Source: Dehalococcoidia bacterium (GTDB taxonomy: Bacteria; Chloroflexota; Dehalococcoidia; Lucifugimonadales; JAGWBF01). From it: 64,000 nt of DNA. The notes under the pieces are model-generated. The model saw only the letters and a list, made by a program, of their open reading frames with translations. It did not search any database and had not been told where the DNA came from. Position 1 is the stretch's first letter. The number at the start of each line of letters is the position of its first letter. Position numbers and translations under genes: made by a program. The stretch is from the NCBI GenBank assembly GCA_034423015.1, contig DAOUJG010000055.1, positions 4,379 to 68,378 on the forward strand. Reading direction: 5' to 3'. Below are positions 17,400 to 26,730 of the stretch, in pieces.

Positions 17400-18306
17400 C
17401 TCGGAGCCGCGGCTCTCTGGGAGCCCACAACATGACCACCACGGCCGACAGTCCCAGCCAGACGAGACTGGCGACGGCCAGGTGGGCCAGCCTTGCGGCC
17501 AGATCGAAGCTGGAGAACATGATGGCCGCGCCCACGAATATCTGTATACCGAAGGCAACCGCCACGGCCAGGGAGAGCCCTCCCAGCCATCCGTCGCGCT
17601 GGCGCCTTCTCCACGCCGACACCAGTGTGAACGCCATCAGAACCGCGGCAACCAGGCCCGCCACCCTATGGACCATGTGCATCGCCGCGTGATGGCTGCC
17701 GGGCAGGATCCCGCCGTCGCACAGGGGCCACGCGGTGCCGCAGGCCGGCGTCGAGCCCGACACGGTCACGTACGAGCCCGTGAGCAGCACCGCGTACGCC
17801 ATGAGCAGGGCGGCCGCGGCCAGCAACGACAGCCGGCGTTCCGGCGGTCCCGCGATGGCCCCAACACGGCCCATGGCCGCCAGACTCAGGACCACCAGCA
17901 CGGCGAGGAGGGCCTCGGCGGTGGCTAGGTGCGCCATGACCATCTCACCGGAAAGCTCCCTCAGTACGGTGAAGCCGCCCAGGAGCACCTGCACCAACAG
18001 CAGCAGGACCGCTATACCGGCGGGGGCCATCAGCCACGGGTCCCTGCGGTACGAGCGCCATATCCCGAACGCGGTGACCACCACCAGCACGCCCACGACG
18101 GACGCCATGAGACGGTGTGAGTACTCTATGAGGGTGTCCGTGTTCATGGGTGGGATGATCTGGCCGTGGCAGAGGGGCCAGTCGGGACAGCCCAGGCCCG
18201 ACTCCGTCAGCCGGACCACACCTCCCAGCACCACCAAGCCCAATACGGAGAACAGGGTTACGATTGATAGGACCTGTAACGGCCGGCCGACGTCCCGTTC
18301 CGTCAC
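17383..18306 (-). CDS. ctaA: heme A synthase (COX15/CtaA)
   Basis: 'GLGCPDWPLCHG' and a second 'CGTAWPLCDG' Cys pair, conserved His in TM helices, 8-TM pattern. Confidence 0.85.
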   Translation of the reverse strand: MTERDVGRPLQVLSIVTLFSVLGLVVLGGVVRLTESGLGCPDWPLCHGQIIPPMNTDTLIEYSHRLMASVVGVLVVVTAFGIWRSYRRDPWLMAPAGIAVLLLLVQVLLGGFTVLRELSGEMVMAHLATAEALLAVLVVLSLAAMGRVGAIAGPPERRLSLLAAAALLMAYAVLLTGSYVTVSGSTPACGTAWPLCDGGILPGSHHAAMHMVHRVAGLVAAVLMAFTLVSAWRRRQRDGWLGGLSLAVAVAFGIQIFVGAAIMFSSFDLAARLAHLAVASLVWLGLSAVVVMLWAPREPRLRGAAVA

Positions 18307-18536
18307 TGCACCTCAAGGAAGTCCCCATGGAGGAAGACCGCCTGTTCCACCCTCGTCACTCCGCCAACCCGGCTCTGGATGCCCGGCGGCCCCCCGGTGC
18401 GGGGGCCTCGCCACGCGCGAGAATTGCCGGCACCCTACCGGGGCCACGCCCGGCGGAACCGTTGACCGTCCGGACTCTTCTCTCGCCCACGCGGACGAAG
18501 GCGGAGTTTGTGTAAAATTTCACTAGGTACGCTTGC

Positions 18537-18565
18537 AAGCTACCATAGCAGGAAGGAATTGTCAA
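18537..18565 (-). promoter_or_regulatory. putative promoter TTGACA-17 bp-TAGCTT (TGg-extended) for the cta operon
   Basis: Minus-strand reading of 18560-18565 (TTGACA) and 18537-18542 (TAGCTT). It would give a 5' leader of about 220 nt. Confidence 0.35.
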
Positions 18566-18577
18566 TCAGCACCATAG

Positions 18578-19147
18578 CTAGTCCCTGGTCGCGCAAGCCG
18601 CCCCGTCCCTGATGGCCAGCTTCTCATCCCTGACCCGGACCCAGTGGTCCTTATTGATCTCCATGAGGATGAAATCGAGGCCGTTGCGGCGGACGCGGCG
18701 AAGGGGGCTGAACCCGCAGTTGGAGAAGGCGCGCTGGGCCCTCTGGTTCCATTCCAGCGTGTGCAGGTAGAGCCGGTCTATGCCGCCGCCCGAGAACAGG
18801 TAGTCCAGCAGCGTGACCACCGCGTCGTAGCCGTACCTTCGCCCCCAGTACTCCCGGTCGCCGATGACGATGCCGATCTCGGCCTGGCGGTTCACCGAGT
18901 CCAGATCGTAGAACATGCAGGTGCCGATGTACCTGCCCTCTCTTGTGTCGATTCCGAAGCGTCCCGAGGCGGGGGTCGGATAACGGAGCTGGTCACGAAA
19001 GAGCCGCAGGAACTCCTGGAAGGTCATCTTCAGGGGGAAGGCCGCATCCAGCCTGGCTATCTCCTTGTCGGTCCTCCACAGGTAGTCGAGCCAGGCGTCC
19101 TCCAGCCCCTTCTCCCTCAGGACCACCTTGCCGCCGGTGAGCCGCAA
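18578..19147 (-). CDS. GNAT-family N-acetyltransferase (RimJ/RimL-like)
   Basis: 'IGIVIGDREYWGRRYGYDAV...LEWNQRAQRAFSNCGF' is the acetyl-CoA binding A/B motif pattern. Confidence 0.8.
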   Translation of the reverse strand: MRLTGGKVVLREKGLEDAWLDYLWRTDKEIARLDAAFPLKMTFQEFLRLFRDQLRYPTPASGRFGIDTREGRYIGTCMFYDLDSVNRQAEIGIVIGDREYWGRRYGYDAVVTLLDYLFSGGGIDRLYLHTLEWNQRAQRAFSNCGFSPLRRVRRNGLDFILMEINKDHWVRVRDEKLAIRDGAACATRD

Positions 19148-19180
19148 ATCAGAGTCCAGTCGCGACGAGGAGCCCGCCGG

Positions 19181-19639
19181 TCACGGGGACACCCTGCTCT
19201 TTATTATGTCCAGCGCCACGCCCAGCACCTTGGCCTCGTTGGGGTAGACAAGGCTCTTCAGGGCCTCCTCCGAGGGCACCCAGCGGACTTCGTCGAACTC
19301 GGGGTCATGCTGGTCGGTGCACCCGCCTCTGTGGGCCATGAGGTAGAAGTAAACGGTCTTGTTGAAGTGGCGCCGGTTGTCGGGGCTGACGAACCAGTAG
19401 TTGATGTTGCCGATGGGGGCCTCGATCTCCACCTCGAGGCCGGTCTCCTCGCGGACCTCCCGCAGGGCCGTCTGCTCCAGGGTCTCCCCTTCGTCCGGAG
19501 TGCCCTTGGGGAGGCTCCACCTGAGGGGCTCGCGCCGCCCGCACACCACGGTGTCTATGCGGCCATCCACCAGCCTGTACACGACGCCTCCGGCTGAGAC
19601 CAGCTTCTCCACTTTGCGGGCCGGCCCGCGTCTCTTCAA
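19181..19639 (-). CDS. NUDIX hydrolase
   Basis: Nudix box 'GTPDEGETLEQTALREVREETGL'. Confidence 0.85.
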   Translation of the reverse strand: MKRRGPARKVEKLVSAGGVVYRLVDGRIDTVVCGRREPLRWSLPKGTPDEGETLEQTALREVREETGLEVEIEAPIGNINYWFVSPDNRRHFNKTVYFYLMAHRGGCTDQHDPEFDEVRWVPSEEALKSLVYPNEAKVLGVALDIIKSRVSP

Positions 19640-19842
19640 CCCTCCGCACCGCCCTTCGACGTTACGTCATGCGGCCCCCGGGGACCGTCGGACCGTCTCC
19701 GGGGACCGTGTACAGGTGCAATTCTAAGACCTTGGCTACGGCCCGTCAAGATTGCGGGGGCGCCGGCCCCCGCTCCTGGGCCTCGCATCTCTCTTGACAC
19801 GAGACGTATGATTCTAGTGACTACAAGCGGGGAGCGCTGCCT

Positions 19843-20742
19843 GTGAATTCCCAAGAGGCCGGTCTATCCCTTTTCGATGCCGCGAGGGCCATGGGCGTAC
19901 GCTTCACCATGGAGCGGCAGCCCGAGGACCGGCACGTCCTGGCCAACGGCCTGCGGTTTCACTACCTCGACTGGGGCAACGAGGGGGCCGACACCATCCT
20001 CTTCCTCCACGGGGCCCTGCAGCAGGGCCATAGCTGGGACTTCGTGTCCCTCTCCCTATGCGGCGACTACCACGTGCTGGCCCTGGACGCCCGGGGCCAC
20101 GGCGACACGGAATGGGCCCCCGACGGCGACTACTCGCTGGATGCGCATCAGCGGGACCTGGACGCCCTGGTTGACGCCCTGGGCCTGCGCCGCTTCATAC
20201 TGGTGGGCCATTCCATGGGAGGACGCAACGCCTACGTGTTCGCGTCGCGCAGACCGGACACCATCAAGGCGCTGGCCGTGGTGGACACGGGCCCGGAGAT
20301 GGGACGGGCGGGCGAGTCCAGGATCCGGACCTTTCGCGAGCTGCCCGACGAGCTGGACTCCTACGAGGAGTTTGCAGACCGGGTCCAGTCGTACACCGGC
20401 AGGCCTCGAGAGCAGGTGCTGGGGGCCCTCAAATACAGCATCAGGCAGAGGGACGACGGGAAGTGGACCTGGAAGTATGACAAGGCGCTCAGGGCTCCGG
20501 GATTTCGCCCACCGAGCTGGAGCAGCGACCGCCTGTGGGAGTGCGTCGGCCGGGTCCGCTGCCCGACCCTGCTGGTACGGGGCGGAGACAGCGACTTCTT
20601 CCGTCCCGAGGTGATGGACAGGATGTTGCAGATGGTCCCAGGGAGCACCGGGGCCGTGGTGCCCGGGGCCGGGCACCTGGTCGCGGGGGACAAGCCGGCC
20701 GAGTTCGTCGTGGCCCTACGTACGCTTCTGGACCGGGTCTGA
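19843..20742 (+). CDS. alpha/beta-fold hydrolase
   Basis: 'ILFLHG' oxyanion region, nucleophile elbow 'GHSMGG', and C-terminal 'GAGHLV' His. GTG start. Confidence 0.8.
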   Translation: MNSQEAGLSLFDAARAMGVRFTMERQPEDRHVLANGLRFHYLDWGNEGADTILFLHGALQQGHSWDFVSLSLCGDYHVLALDARGHGDTEWAPDGDYSLDAHQRDLDALVDALGLRRFILVGHSMGGRNAYVFASRRPDTIKALAVVDTGPEMGRAGESRIRTFRELPDELDSYEEFADRVQSYTGRPREQVLGALKYSIRQRDDGKWTWKYDKALRAPGFRPPSWSSDRLWECVGRVRCPTLLVRGGDSDFFRPEVMDRMLQMVPGSTGAVVPGAGHLVAGDKPAEFVVALRTLLDRV

Positions 20743-20747
20743 CCCGC

Positions 20748-21422
20748 CTAGCTGCGCACCATGACCATGGCGGCCACCTCGGTGCCCAGCACCACGTCGG
20801 AGCCATCCACCACCAAGGTGATCGTGCCCTTGTAGGGAGCGATCTCCCTCACCTCCACGCTTGCTCCCGGCCTCACCCCGGTCTCGTCGAAGAACTCCAG
20901 TAGCTGCGGGTCCTCTTCGGGGACCTGCTCCACGACGGTGGTATCCCCCTGGTCGGTCTCGCTCAGCGGCTTCACCGCCGGCGGCTCGATCCCATCGCTG
21001 TAGCCGGGTATGGGAGCGCCGAAGGGGTTGACGGTGGGATATCCCAGCGAGGCGGCCAGCTTCGTCTCCACATACTCAGAGATGGCATGCTCCAGCCGGT
21101 GGGCCTCCATGTGGGCCCGGGGCCACTCGACCCCCAGGAGCTGGGTGAGCATGCACTCGGCCAGGCGGTGACGTCTCACCACCGACTCGCCCACCTGGTT
21201 CCCCCGGTCGGTGAAGTGTATCTCCTTACTGTCGCTAACCTGGATCATCCCCTGCTTCCCAAGCCGTTTCAACGTGCCTGCCACGGTGGCCACCGACACG
21301 TCCATGACCTCGGCAAGCCGTGTGGGAAACACCCGCTCGCCTCGCTCTTTCAGCTTGTATATGGCCTGGAGATAGTTCTCCACGACGACGCTTATCTCCG
21401 GCTTTGGCTCCCCCAACAACAT
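20748..21422 (-). CDS. DtxR/IdeR/MntR-family metal-dependent transcriptional repressor with C-terminal FeoA/SH3-like domain
   Basis: 'ENYLQAIYKL...RLAEVMDVSVATVAGTLKRL' HTH, and 'RRHRLAECML...HMEAHRLEH' metal-site/dimerisation helix. Confidence 0.85.
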   Translation of the reverse strand: MLLGEPKPEISVVVENYLQAIYKLKERGERVFPTRLAEVMDVSVATVAGTLKRLGKQGMIQVSDSKEIHFTDRGNQVGESVVRRHRLAECMLTQLLGVEWPRAHMEAHRLEHAISEYVETKLAASLGYPTVNPFGAPIPGYSDGIEPPAVKPLSETDQGDTTVVEQVPEEDPQLLEFFDETGVRPGASVEVREIAPYKGTITLVVDGSDVVLGTEVAAMVMVRS

Positions 21423-21614
21423 ATCTGCACTAGCCTTCCTGATCGTATTTCACAAGCGGCCGCCCGGCTCTTTCAGGTGGCCGAATCGGACCCATTATAT
21501 CCGGTCTCATACCGGCCGTACAACTCGTACAAAAACCGCGGCAAAAGACGGCCGGCTTCCAGGCAGCGTCATCCAGGGCCGGTGGAGTGGCCGCACATAT
21601 TGGCGCCTTTAGTG

Positions 21615-21643
21615 TTGACATATGAAATTCATTAGGATACACT
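21615..21643 (+). promoter_or_regulatory. promoter TTGACA-17 bp-TACACT with an embedded ATGAAaTTCAT palindrome (candidate metalloregulator operator)
   Basis: -35 at 21615-21620 and -10 at 21638-21643. A 5-1-5 palindrome at 21622-21632 sits in the spacer, divergent from the DtxR-family gene. Confidence 0.5.
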
Positions 21644-21768
21644 GCCTCCCCGGAGTCGAAGACCAGACCGGGTCCCCGAGCAGATTCGGGGACCGGTCCG
21701 CCGGGTCGTCAGCCGGACCCGGAAGGGACATTGGCCCTGCTGAGAGGGCCGGGGGGCGTCTCGTAATT

Positions 21769-23466
21769 ATGGTTGGGGCCGCAAAGTCGCTGGCCGGCGG
21801 GGTCCTGTCCCGGATCGGCAACGGTAGGCGGCCAGGCCAGACCCCCACTGCCCTGTGGACGGTCACCCTGACGATCGCCGTGGCCGTGACCATGCCCGTC
21901 GTCTATCTGGCCGTACGGACCTTCGACGACGGCGAGGCGGCGTGGGACATCATCTTCCGCTCCCGCACCGCCGAGATCCTCCTGCGGTCCATACTGCTGA
22001 TAGTCTGCGTCACCGCTGGGTCGATCGCCCTCGCCCTGCCCCTGGCCTGGCTGACCGTCCGTACCGACCTGCCTTTCCGTCGGATGTGGTCGGTGGTCCT
22101 GATGCTTCCCCTGGTGATCCCCAGCTACATAGGCGGGTTTCTGGTGGTCGTCGTCCTGGGGCCCAGGGGCATGCTCCAGCAGCTCCTGGACGGCCCCTTT
22201 GGCGTGACCCGCTTGCCGGAGATCTACGGCCTTGCCGGGGCCGCGCTGACCCTGACGCTGCTGAGCTATCCATACGTACTGATCACCGTCAGGGCGGCCC
22301 TGTGGCGGTTGGACCCGGGACTGGAGGAGAGCTCGCGGGGGCTGGGGCTGGGCAGCTGGGCCACCTTCCGGCGGGTAACGATGCCCCTGCTGCGCCCATC
22401 CATCGCGGCGGGAGCGGTGCTGGTGGCCCTGTACACGTTGAGCGACTTCGGGGCCGTTTCCCTGCTGCGCTACGAGACCTTCACCTGGGCCATCTACACC
22501 CAGTACGAGTCTGCCTTCGACCGGACCATCGCGGCGGCCCTTTCCCTGGTCCTGGTGCTGGTGGCCGTGGGAATATTGCTGTTGGAGGCGGGCTTCCGGG
22601 CACGCTCCCGGTACCACCGCATCGGTGTCGGCGCCGCCCGCCCCCCGGGGCTGGCCCGCCTGGGACGCTGGCGTTGGCCCGCCGCCGGTCTGTGCGCCGC
22701 GGTCATCCTCTTCTCGATGGTCCTGCCCCTATCGGTCCTGGTCTACTGGGTAGTGAACGGCGTGTCGTCGGGCGAGCCGCTGGCGTTCGAGTGGTCCGCC
22801 GCCTGGAACTCCCTCTACGTATCCGCCATCGCTGCGGTGGCGACCGTCGCCGCCGCACTGGCCGTCGCCATCCTGGCGGTGCGCCACCCCGGCCCCATCG
22901 CCTCCGTCTGCGAGCGGACAACCTACGTGGGCTTCGCCCTGCCCGGCATAGCCGTGGCCCTGGCGCTGGTGTTCTTCGCCATCCGGTACGCCCTCCCGCT
23001 GTACCAGACCCTCGGCCTTCTGGTGTTCGCCTACGTCGTGCTGTTCCTCTCTCCCGCCGTCGGCAGCGTCAGGGCCTCCCTGTTACAGGTCAATCCCAGG
23101 GTCGAGGAAGCGGCCCTCAGCCTGGGACGCCGGCCCATACAGGTGATCGCCGAGGTAACCCTGCCCCTGGTGAGGCCTGGGCTGGTGGCGGGAGCTGCCC
23201 TGGTATTCCTGTTGACCATGAAGGAGCTGCCAGCCACGCTGATACTGGGGCCGATAGGGTTCAATACACTGGCGACCGTCATATGGTCCGCGGCCTCCGA
23301 GTCCTTCTTCGCCAGGGCTGCCGCGCCGGCCCTGGTCCTGGTGGCGCTGTCTGCGGCTCCCCTGGCTTTCCTGGTCCTGCGGGAGCGCAGGCTGCAGGCG
23401 CCCCTCTCGGCCGCCAGGAGGGAAAGCCGGTCCCAACGCCGGGAGATTGACTTTGTCCGTGGCTGA
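21769..23466 (+). CDS. iron(III)/thiamine-type ABC transporter permease (two fused BPD permease domains, FbpB-like)
   Basis: About 12 TM segments and duplicated permease architecture. ATG 21769 chosen because ATG 21622 lies inside the promoter. Confidence 0.8.
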   Translation: MVGAAKSLAGGVLSRIGNGRRPGQTPTALWTVTLTIAVAVTMPVVYLAVRTFDDGEAAWDIIFRSRTAEILLRSILLIVCVTAGSIALALPLAWLTVRTDLPFRRMWSVVLMLPLVIPSYIGGFLVVVVLGPRGMLQQLLDGPFGVTRLPEIYGLAGAALTLTLLSYPYVLITVRAALWRLDPGLEESSRGLGLGSWATFRRVTMPLLRPSIAAGAVLVALYTLSDFGAVSLLRYETFTWAIYTQYESAFDRTIAAALSLVLVLVAVGILLLEAGFRARSRYHRIGVGAARPPGLARLGRWRWPAAGLCAAVILFSMVLPLSVLVYWVVNGVSSGEPLAFEWSAAWNSLYVSAIAAVATVAAALAVAILAVRHPGPIASVCERTTYVGFALPGIAVALALVFFAIRYALPLYQTLGLLVFAYVVLFLSPAVGSVRASLLQVNPRVEEAALSLGRRPIQVIAEVTLPLVRPGLVAGAALVFLLTMKELPATLILGPIGFNTLATVIWSAASESFFARAAAPALVLVALSAAPLAFLVLRERRLQAPLSAARRESRSQRREIDFVRG

Positions 23467-24607
23467 CACTCGGCTTGTCTCCGAGCACACCACCGACGGA
23501 CCCCGTAGGGAGGTGGCTGTGGGCCATCCGCCAATCCGGTGCGACGGGCTGAGCAAGTCTTTCGGCGAGATCGGTGCCCTGCGGAACGTGACCCTGACGC
23601 TGGAGGAAGGGGAAGTCCTCGCCCTGGTGGGTCCCAGCGGCAGCGGCAAGTCCACCCTGCTCCGCCTGGTGGCGGGGTTTGAATCGCCCGACGCCGGGAC
23701 CATCGCTCTCCGCGGGCGGGTGATATCCGGCGCCGGCGACTGGGTGCCTCCCGAGGAACGTCGCCTGGGCATGGTGTTCCAGGACTACGCCCTCTTCCCA
23801 CACATGACGGTCCACGAGAACGTGGCCTTCGGGCTGAAGGACCGCTCTAGGAGAGACAGAGAAGACCGGGCCATGGCCATGCTGGGCATGGTCCACCTCT
23901 CTGAGATGGGCGGCAGGTATCCCTACGAGCTCTCGGGGGGAGAGCAGCAGCGGGTGGCGCTGGCGCGATCCCTGGCCGCGGAGCCCCGGGCCCTGCTGCT
24001 GGACGAGCCCTTCAGCAACCTGGACCCCCATCTGCGGGCGGGCCTCCGCGTGGAGGTCAGGAGCATCCTCCGCTCCAGCGGCGTCTCCGCCATATACGTC
24101 ACTCACGACCAGGAGGAGGCTCTGTTCATGGGAGACAGGGTGGCCGTCCTCAACGCGGGAGCGCTGGAGCAGGTGGGGAGCCCCGAGGAGATGTTCCACC
24201 GCCCCCGGTCCAAGTTCGTGGCGCGGTTCCTGGGCACCGCCGACTTCCTCAGGGCCCGCAGGGTGGGCGGCTGCCTCGAGACCGAGATCGGCCTGCTCGA
24301 AGGGCCCGAGGGCCTGCGCGAGGGCGCGGTGGTGGATGTGGGGGTGCGGCCAGACGATGTGGCCATGGGCCGCGACGCCAACGGCTTGGGTGTGGTGATC
24401 GGGCGGGTGTTCCGCGGGACCCACTACCTGTACACCGTGGAGCTACCCTCGGGCGCACAGGTCCGCAGCCTCCAGCACCACACCGCCCACTACGACGACG
24501 GAGAGGCGGTCGACGTGCGGCTGGAGCCAGACCAGTCGTTGATGTGCTTCCTGGTCGACGACGCCGGGGAGACCGGCCTTACCGCCCGCACCATCCCTGC
24601 CCGATAG
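23447..24607 (+). CDS. ABC transporter ATP-binding protein (FbpC/PotA-like, C-terminal TOBE-like domain)
   Basis: Walker A 'GPSGSGKST', signature 'LSGGEQQRV', Walker B 'LLLDEP'. Start uncertain: TTG 23447 or GTG 23513/23519. Confidence 0.85.
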   Translation: MTLSVADTRLVSEHTTDGPRREVAVGHPPIRCDGLSKSFGEIGALRNVTLTLEEGEVLALVGPSGSGKSTLLRLVAGFESPDAGTIALRGRVISGAGDWVPPEERRLGMVFQDYALFPHMTVHENVAFGLKDRSRRDREDRAMAMLGMVHLSEMGGRYPYELSGGEQQRVALARSLAAEPRALLLDEPFSNLDPHLRAGLRVEVRSILRSSGVSAIYVTHDQEEALFMGDRVAVLNAGALEQVGSPEEMFHRPRSKFVARFLGTADFLRARRVGGCLETEIGLLEGPEGLREGAVVDVGVRPDDVAMGRDANGLGVVIGRVFRGTHYLYTVELPSGAQVRSLQHHTAHYDDGEAVDVRLEPDQSLMCFLVDDAGETGLTARTIPAR

Positions 24608-24640
24608 CCGCCGGCCGGCCTCTCACGGGCCGGACTAACT

Positions 24641-25840
24641 TCAGACGATAAGCCCAAGGCCGAACCCGGCCCCGGCGGACACGGCCCCGATGGACAGCAC
24701 CTCCAAGCCCTGCAGCACCGGCGACTGCCTGACGATGCGCCCCTTCCCGATGCCGAGGGCGAAGAGGCCTGTCAAGGTGGCGGCCACGGAGGCGGTGATG
24801 GCGACGTTGCCCCCGGTGAAGAAATAGGGCAGCACCGGCACCATCGCCCCGGCGATGAACGCCGCGCTCATGGTCAGCGCATCCTTGACGGGGTTCACCG
24901 TATCTTCGTAGCTCAGTCCCAGCTCCTTCTCCACCATGGTCGTAAGCCACAGGTCCTTGTCGGCGGCGATGTGCTCGGCCACTCCCTTGGCCTCCTCGAA
25001 GCTCAACCCCTCCCGCTGGTACAGGACCACCAGCTCGGCAAGCTCCTCGGCGGGATGCTCGGCAAGCTCCGCAGCCTCCTTCTCTATCTCGGCCCTCTGC
25101 ACGTCCTGCTCGGCGCGGGACCCCAGGTAAGCGCCGGTGCCCATGGATATCACGCCCGCCAGGGCGCCCGCCAGCCCGGCCACCAGGATGATGGGGTTGT
25201 CGGCCCCGGCCACGGCGACGCCGGTAACCAGCGCAACGGTGCTCACCAAGCCGTCCTGGGCCCCGAAGACCACCTCACGAATGCGCCCTGCGGCGGCTAC
25301 CCGCCAGCGCTCTCCCTCGACTTCCTGCCTGGCCCTGGCGTAGGTGGGCGACGCCTCGGGTTCGACCACCTGCAGGGGCTCCGGCCGCCTCACCGCTCCG
25401 GCGCCCCCGTCGGCTGCCGCCTCGGCTGCCGGCCCCTGCCTGGCCTCCAACTCCTCCAGGGCCTTGGTGAAGACCTCTAGGTGGTGCCTCTCCCGGTCCA
25501 TGGCCAGGGTGAAAGTGTCCGCCGCGTCCATGCGCCCGTCGTCCAGGGCGTCCTTGACCATGCGGGGATACATGGTGCTGATCTCCTTGGACTCGCCGGT
25601 GACGACGTTCCTCAGGTTCTCGAGACTGGAGCGGACCTCCCCCGACACCCTCAGGTGGTTCATCCCGTGAATGGTCTCCGCCCCGGCCACCTCCTGGAAG
25701 ACCTGGGCCACCTCGGGGTATCCCTCCTCCAGGGCCTTGTGGGCGTAGGCGCTGTACTTCAGGTGGGCCATCGCTTCGCTGACGATGGCGTTCCAAAGGT
25801 TCCGCTCGGTCCTGGTCATGGTGGAATCAGGGTTTCTCAT
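24641..25840 (-). CDS. erythrin (ferritin/rubrerythrin-like) domain fused to a VIT1/CCC1 iron transporter (MbfA-like iron exporter)
   Basis: The N-terminal four-helix di-iron pattern has ExxH pairs ('EAMAHL', 'ETIHG', 'ERHHLE'). C-terminal 'FGAQDGLVSTVALVTGVA' and TM helices are typical of VIT1. Confidence 0.8.
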   Translation of the reverse strand: MRNPDSTMTRTERNLWNAIVSEAMAHLKYSAYAHKALEEGYPEVAQVFQEVAGAETIHGMNHLRVSGEVRSSLENLRNVVTGESKEISTMYPRMVKDALDDGRMDAADTFTLAMDRERHHLEVFTKALEELEARQGPAAEAAADGGAGAVRRPEPLQVVEPEASPTYARARQEVEGERWRVAAAGRIREVVFGAQDGLVSTVALVTGVAVAGADNPIILVAGLAGALAGVISMGTGAYLGSRAEQDVQRAEIEKEAAELAEHPAEELAELVVLYQREGLSFEEAKGVAEHIAADKDLWLTTMVEKELGLSYEDTVNPVKDALTMSAAFIAGAMVPVLPYFFTGGNVAITASVAATLTGLFALGIGKGRIVRQSPVLQGLEVLSIGAVSAGAGFGLGLIV

Positions 25841-25916
25841 GGCGTCGTCCTCGCGTGGGCACGGCTGTGATGGCGCCGCGTGAAGTGTGCCGAATGGGTG
25901 TCGCTCTCTGCGACGG

Positions 25917-26696
25917 CTATACGGCCATGATGTGGTAGCCGGCGTCCACGGGTATCACCGAGCCCGTCACGCCGCTGGACAGGTCGCTGCACAGGAACAG
26001 GGCCGTCTTGCCCACCTCTTCGTGGGTGATATTCCGCTCCATGGGCGCCCGCTGGGCGTGCATCTTCTTCATGTCCAGAAACCCGTGGATGCCCCGGGCC
26101 GCCAGGGTCTCCAGGGGGCCCGCCGAGATGGCGTTCACCCTGATGTTCCTGCCCCCGTACTCGGCGGCAAGCTGACGTACCTCGTTCTCCAGCGCCGCCT
26201 TGGCGGTGCCCATGATGTTGTAGCCGGGGAAGACCCGTTCCGACGCCTGGAAGGTCATGGTCACGACGCTGCCTCCCCCGCGGCGCTCCATCAACGGCGC
26301 GGCGCCGCGGACCAGGGGCAGCAGGGAGTAGGCGCTGACATCCAGGGCGACCCGGAAGCCCTCGCGGCCCGTCTTGGAGAAGTCGCCCCCCAGGTCGTCC
26401 CGAAGGGCGTAGGCGATGCTGTGGACCAAAACGTCCAGCCCATCGAACTGCTCCTCCACCCGGGCGAAGACCTCGGCTATCCCGTCGTCGTCGGTAACGT
26501 CGCACTCCAGGAGCACGGGGTCAGTGAGGTCCACGGCCAGCTTCTCGACCCTGCCCTTCAGGCGCTGGTTCTGGTAGGCGAGGGCCAAACGACAGCCCGC
26601 CTCGTCCAGCACCCGGGCGATGGCCCAGGCGATGCTTCGCTCGTTGGCGACGCCGAAGACGAGGGCCGACCGCCCCTTCAGATCTATCGAGTACAG
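25917..26696 (-). CDS. fabI: enoyl-[acyl-carrier-protein] reductase (NADH) FabI, probable CTG start
   Basis: 'GRSALVFGVANERSIAWAIA' Rossmann motif, with Tyr/Lys catalytic region 'YNIMGTAKAALE'. GGAGG (26703-26707) lies 6 nt upstream of CTG 26696. The ATG at 26810 would add 38 Arg-rich residues and overlap the upstream gene by 80 nt. Confidence 0.8.
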   Translation of the reverse strand: MYSIDLKGRSALVFGVANERSIAWAIARVLDEAGCRLALAYQNQRLKGRVEKLAVDLTDPVLLECDVTDDDGIAEVFARVEEQFDGLDVLVHSIAYALRDDLGGDFSKTGREGFRVALDVSAYSLLPLVRGAAPLMERRGGGSVVTMTFQASERVFPGYNIMGTAKAALENEVRQLAAEYGGRNIRVNAISAGPLETLAARGIHGFLDMKKMHAQRAPMERNITHEEVGKTALFLCSDLSSGVTGSVIPVDAGYHIMAV

Positions 26697-26730
26697 CTGA
26701 CGCCTCCGGTGGTCCGACGGCGCGGCATGG

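Noticed and set aside
19656-19772. Small symmetric elements in the NUDIX/hydrolase divergent spacer: GACGTtACGTC palindrome (19656-19666), CCGGGGACCGT x2 direct repeat (about 19677-19710), and an 8-bp GC hairpin GCGGGGGC-gccg-GCCCCCGC (about 19753-19772).
   Set aside because: These are real in the sequence. However, GC-rich short repeats and hairpins of this size occur by chance in such DNA, and I could not tie them to a convincing promoter or a known binding-site family.
21733-21750. A CUGAGA-containing hairpin (GGCCCUGCUGAGAGGGCC) upstream of a ThiP/FbpB-like permease looked like the CUGAGA core of a TPP riboswitch.
   Set aside because: The rest of the THI-box consensus is absent from 21640-21768: the ACCUGAUCUGGAUAAUGCCAGCG-like pyrophosphate-sensor helix and the GGGG...ACCC pairing. 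I therefore report only an unclassified structured leader.
24611-24640. A 6-bp GC stem (CCGGCC-n7-GGCCGG, 24615-24633) between the convergent ABC ATPase and mbfA-like genes, considered as a bidirectional terminator.
   Set aside because: The stem is short and there is no U/A tract on either strand, so it does not support a terminator call.
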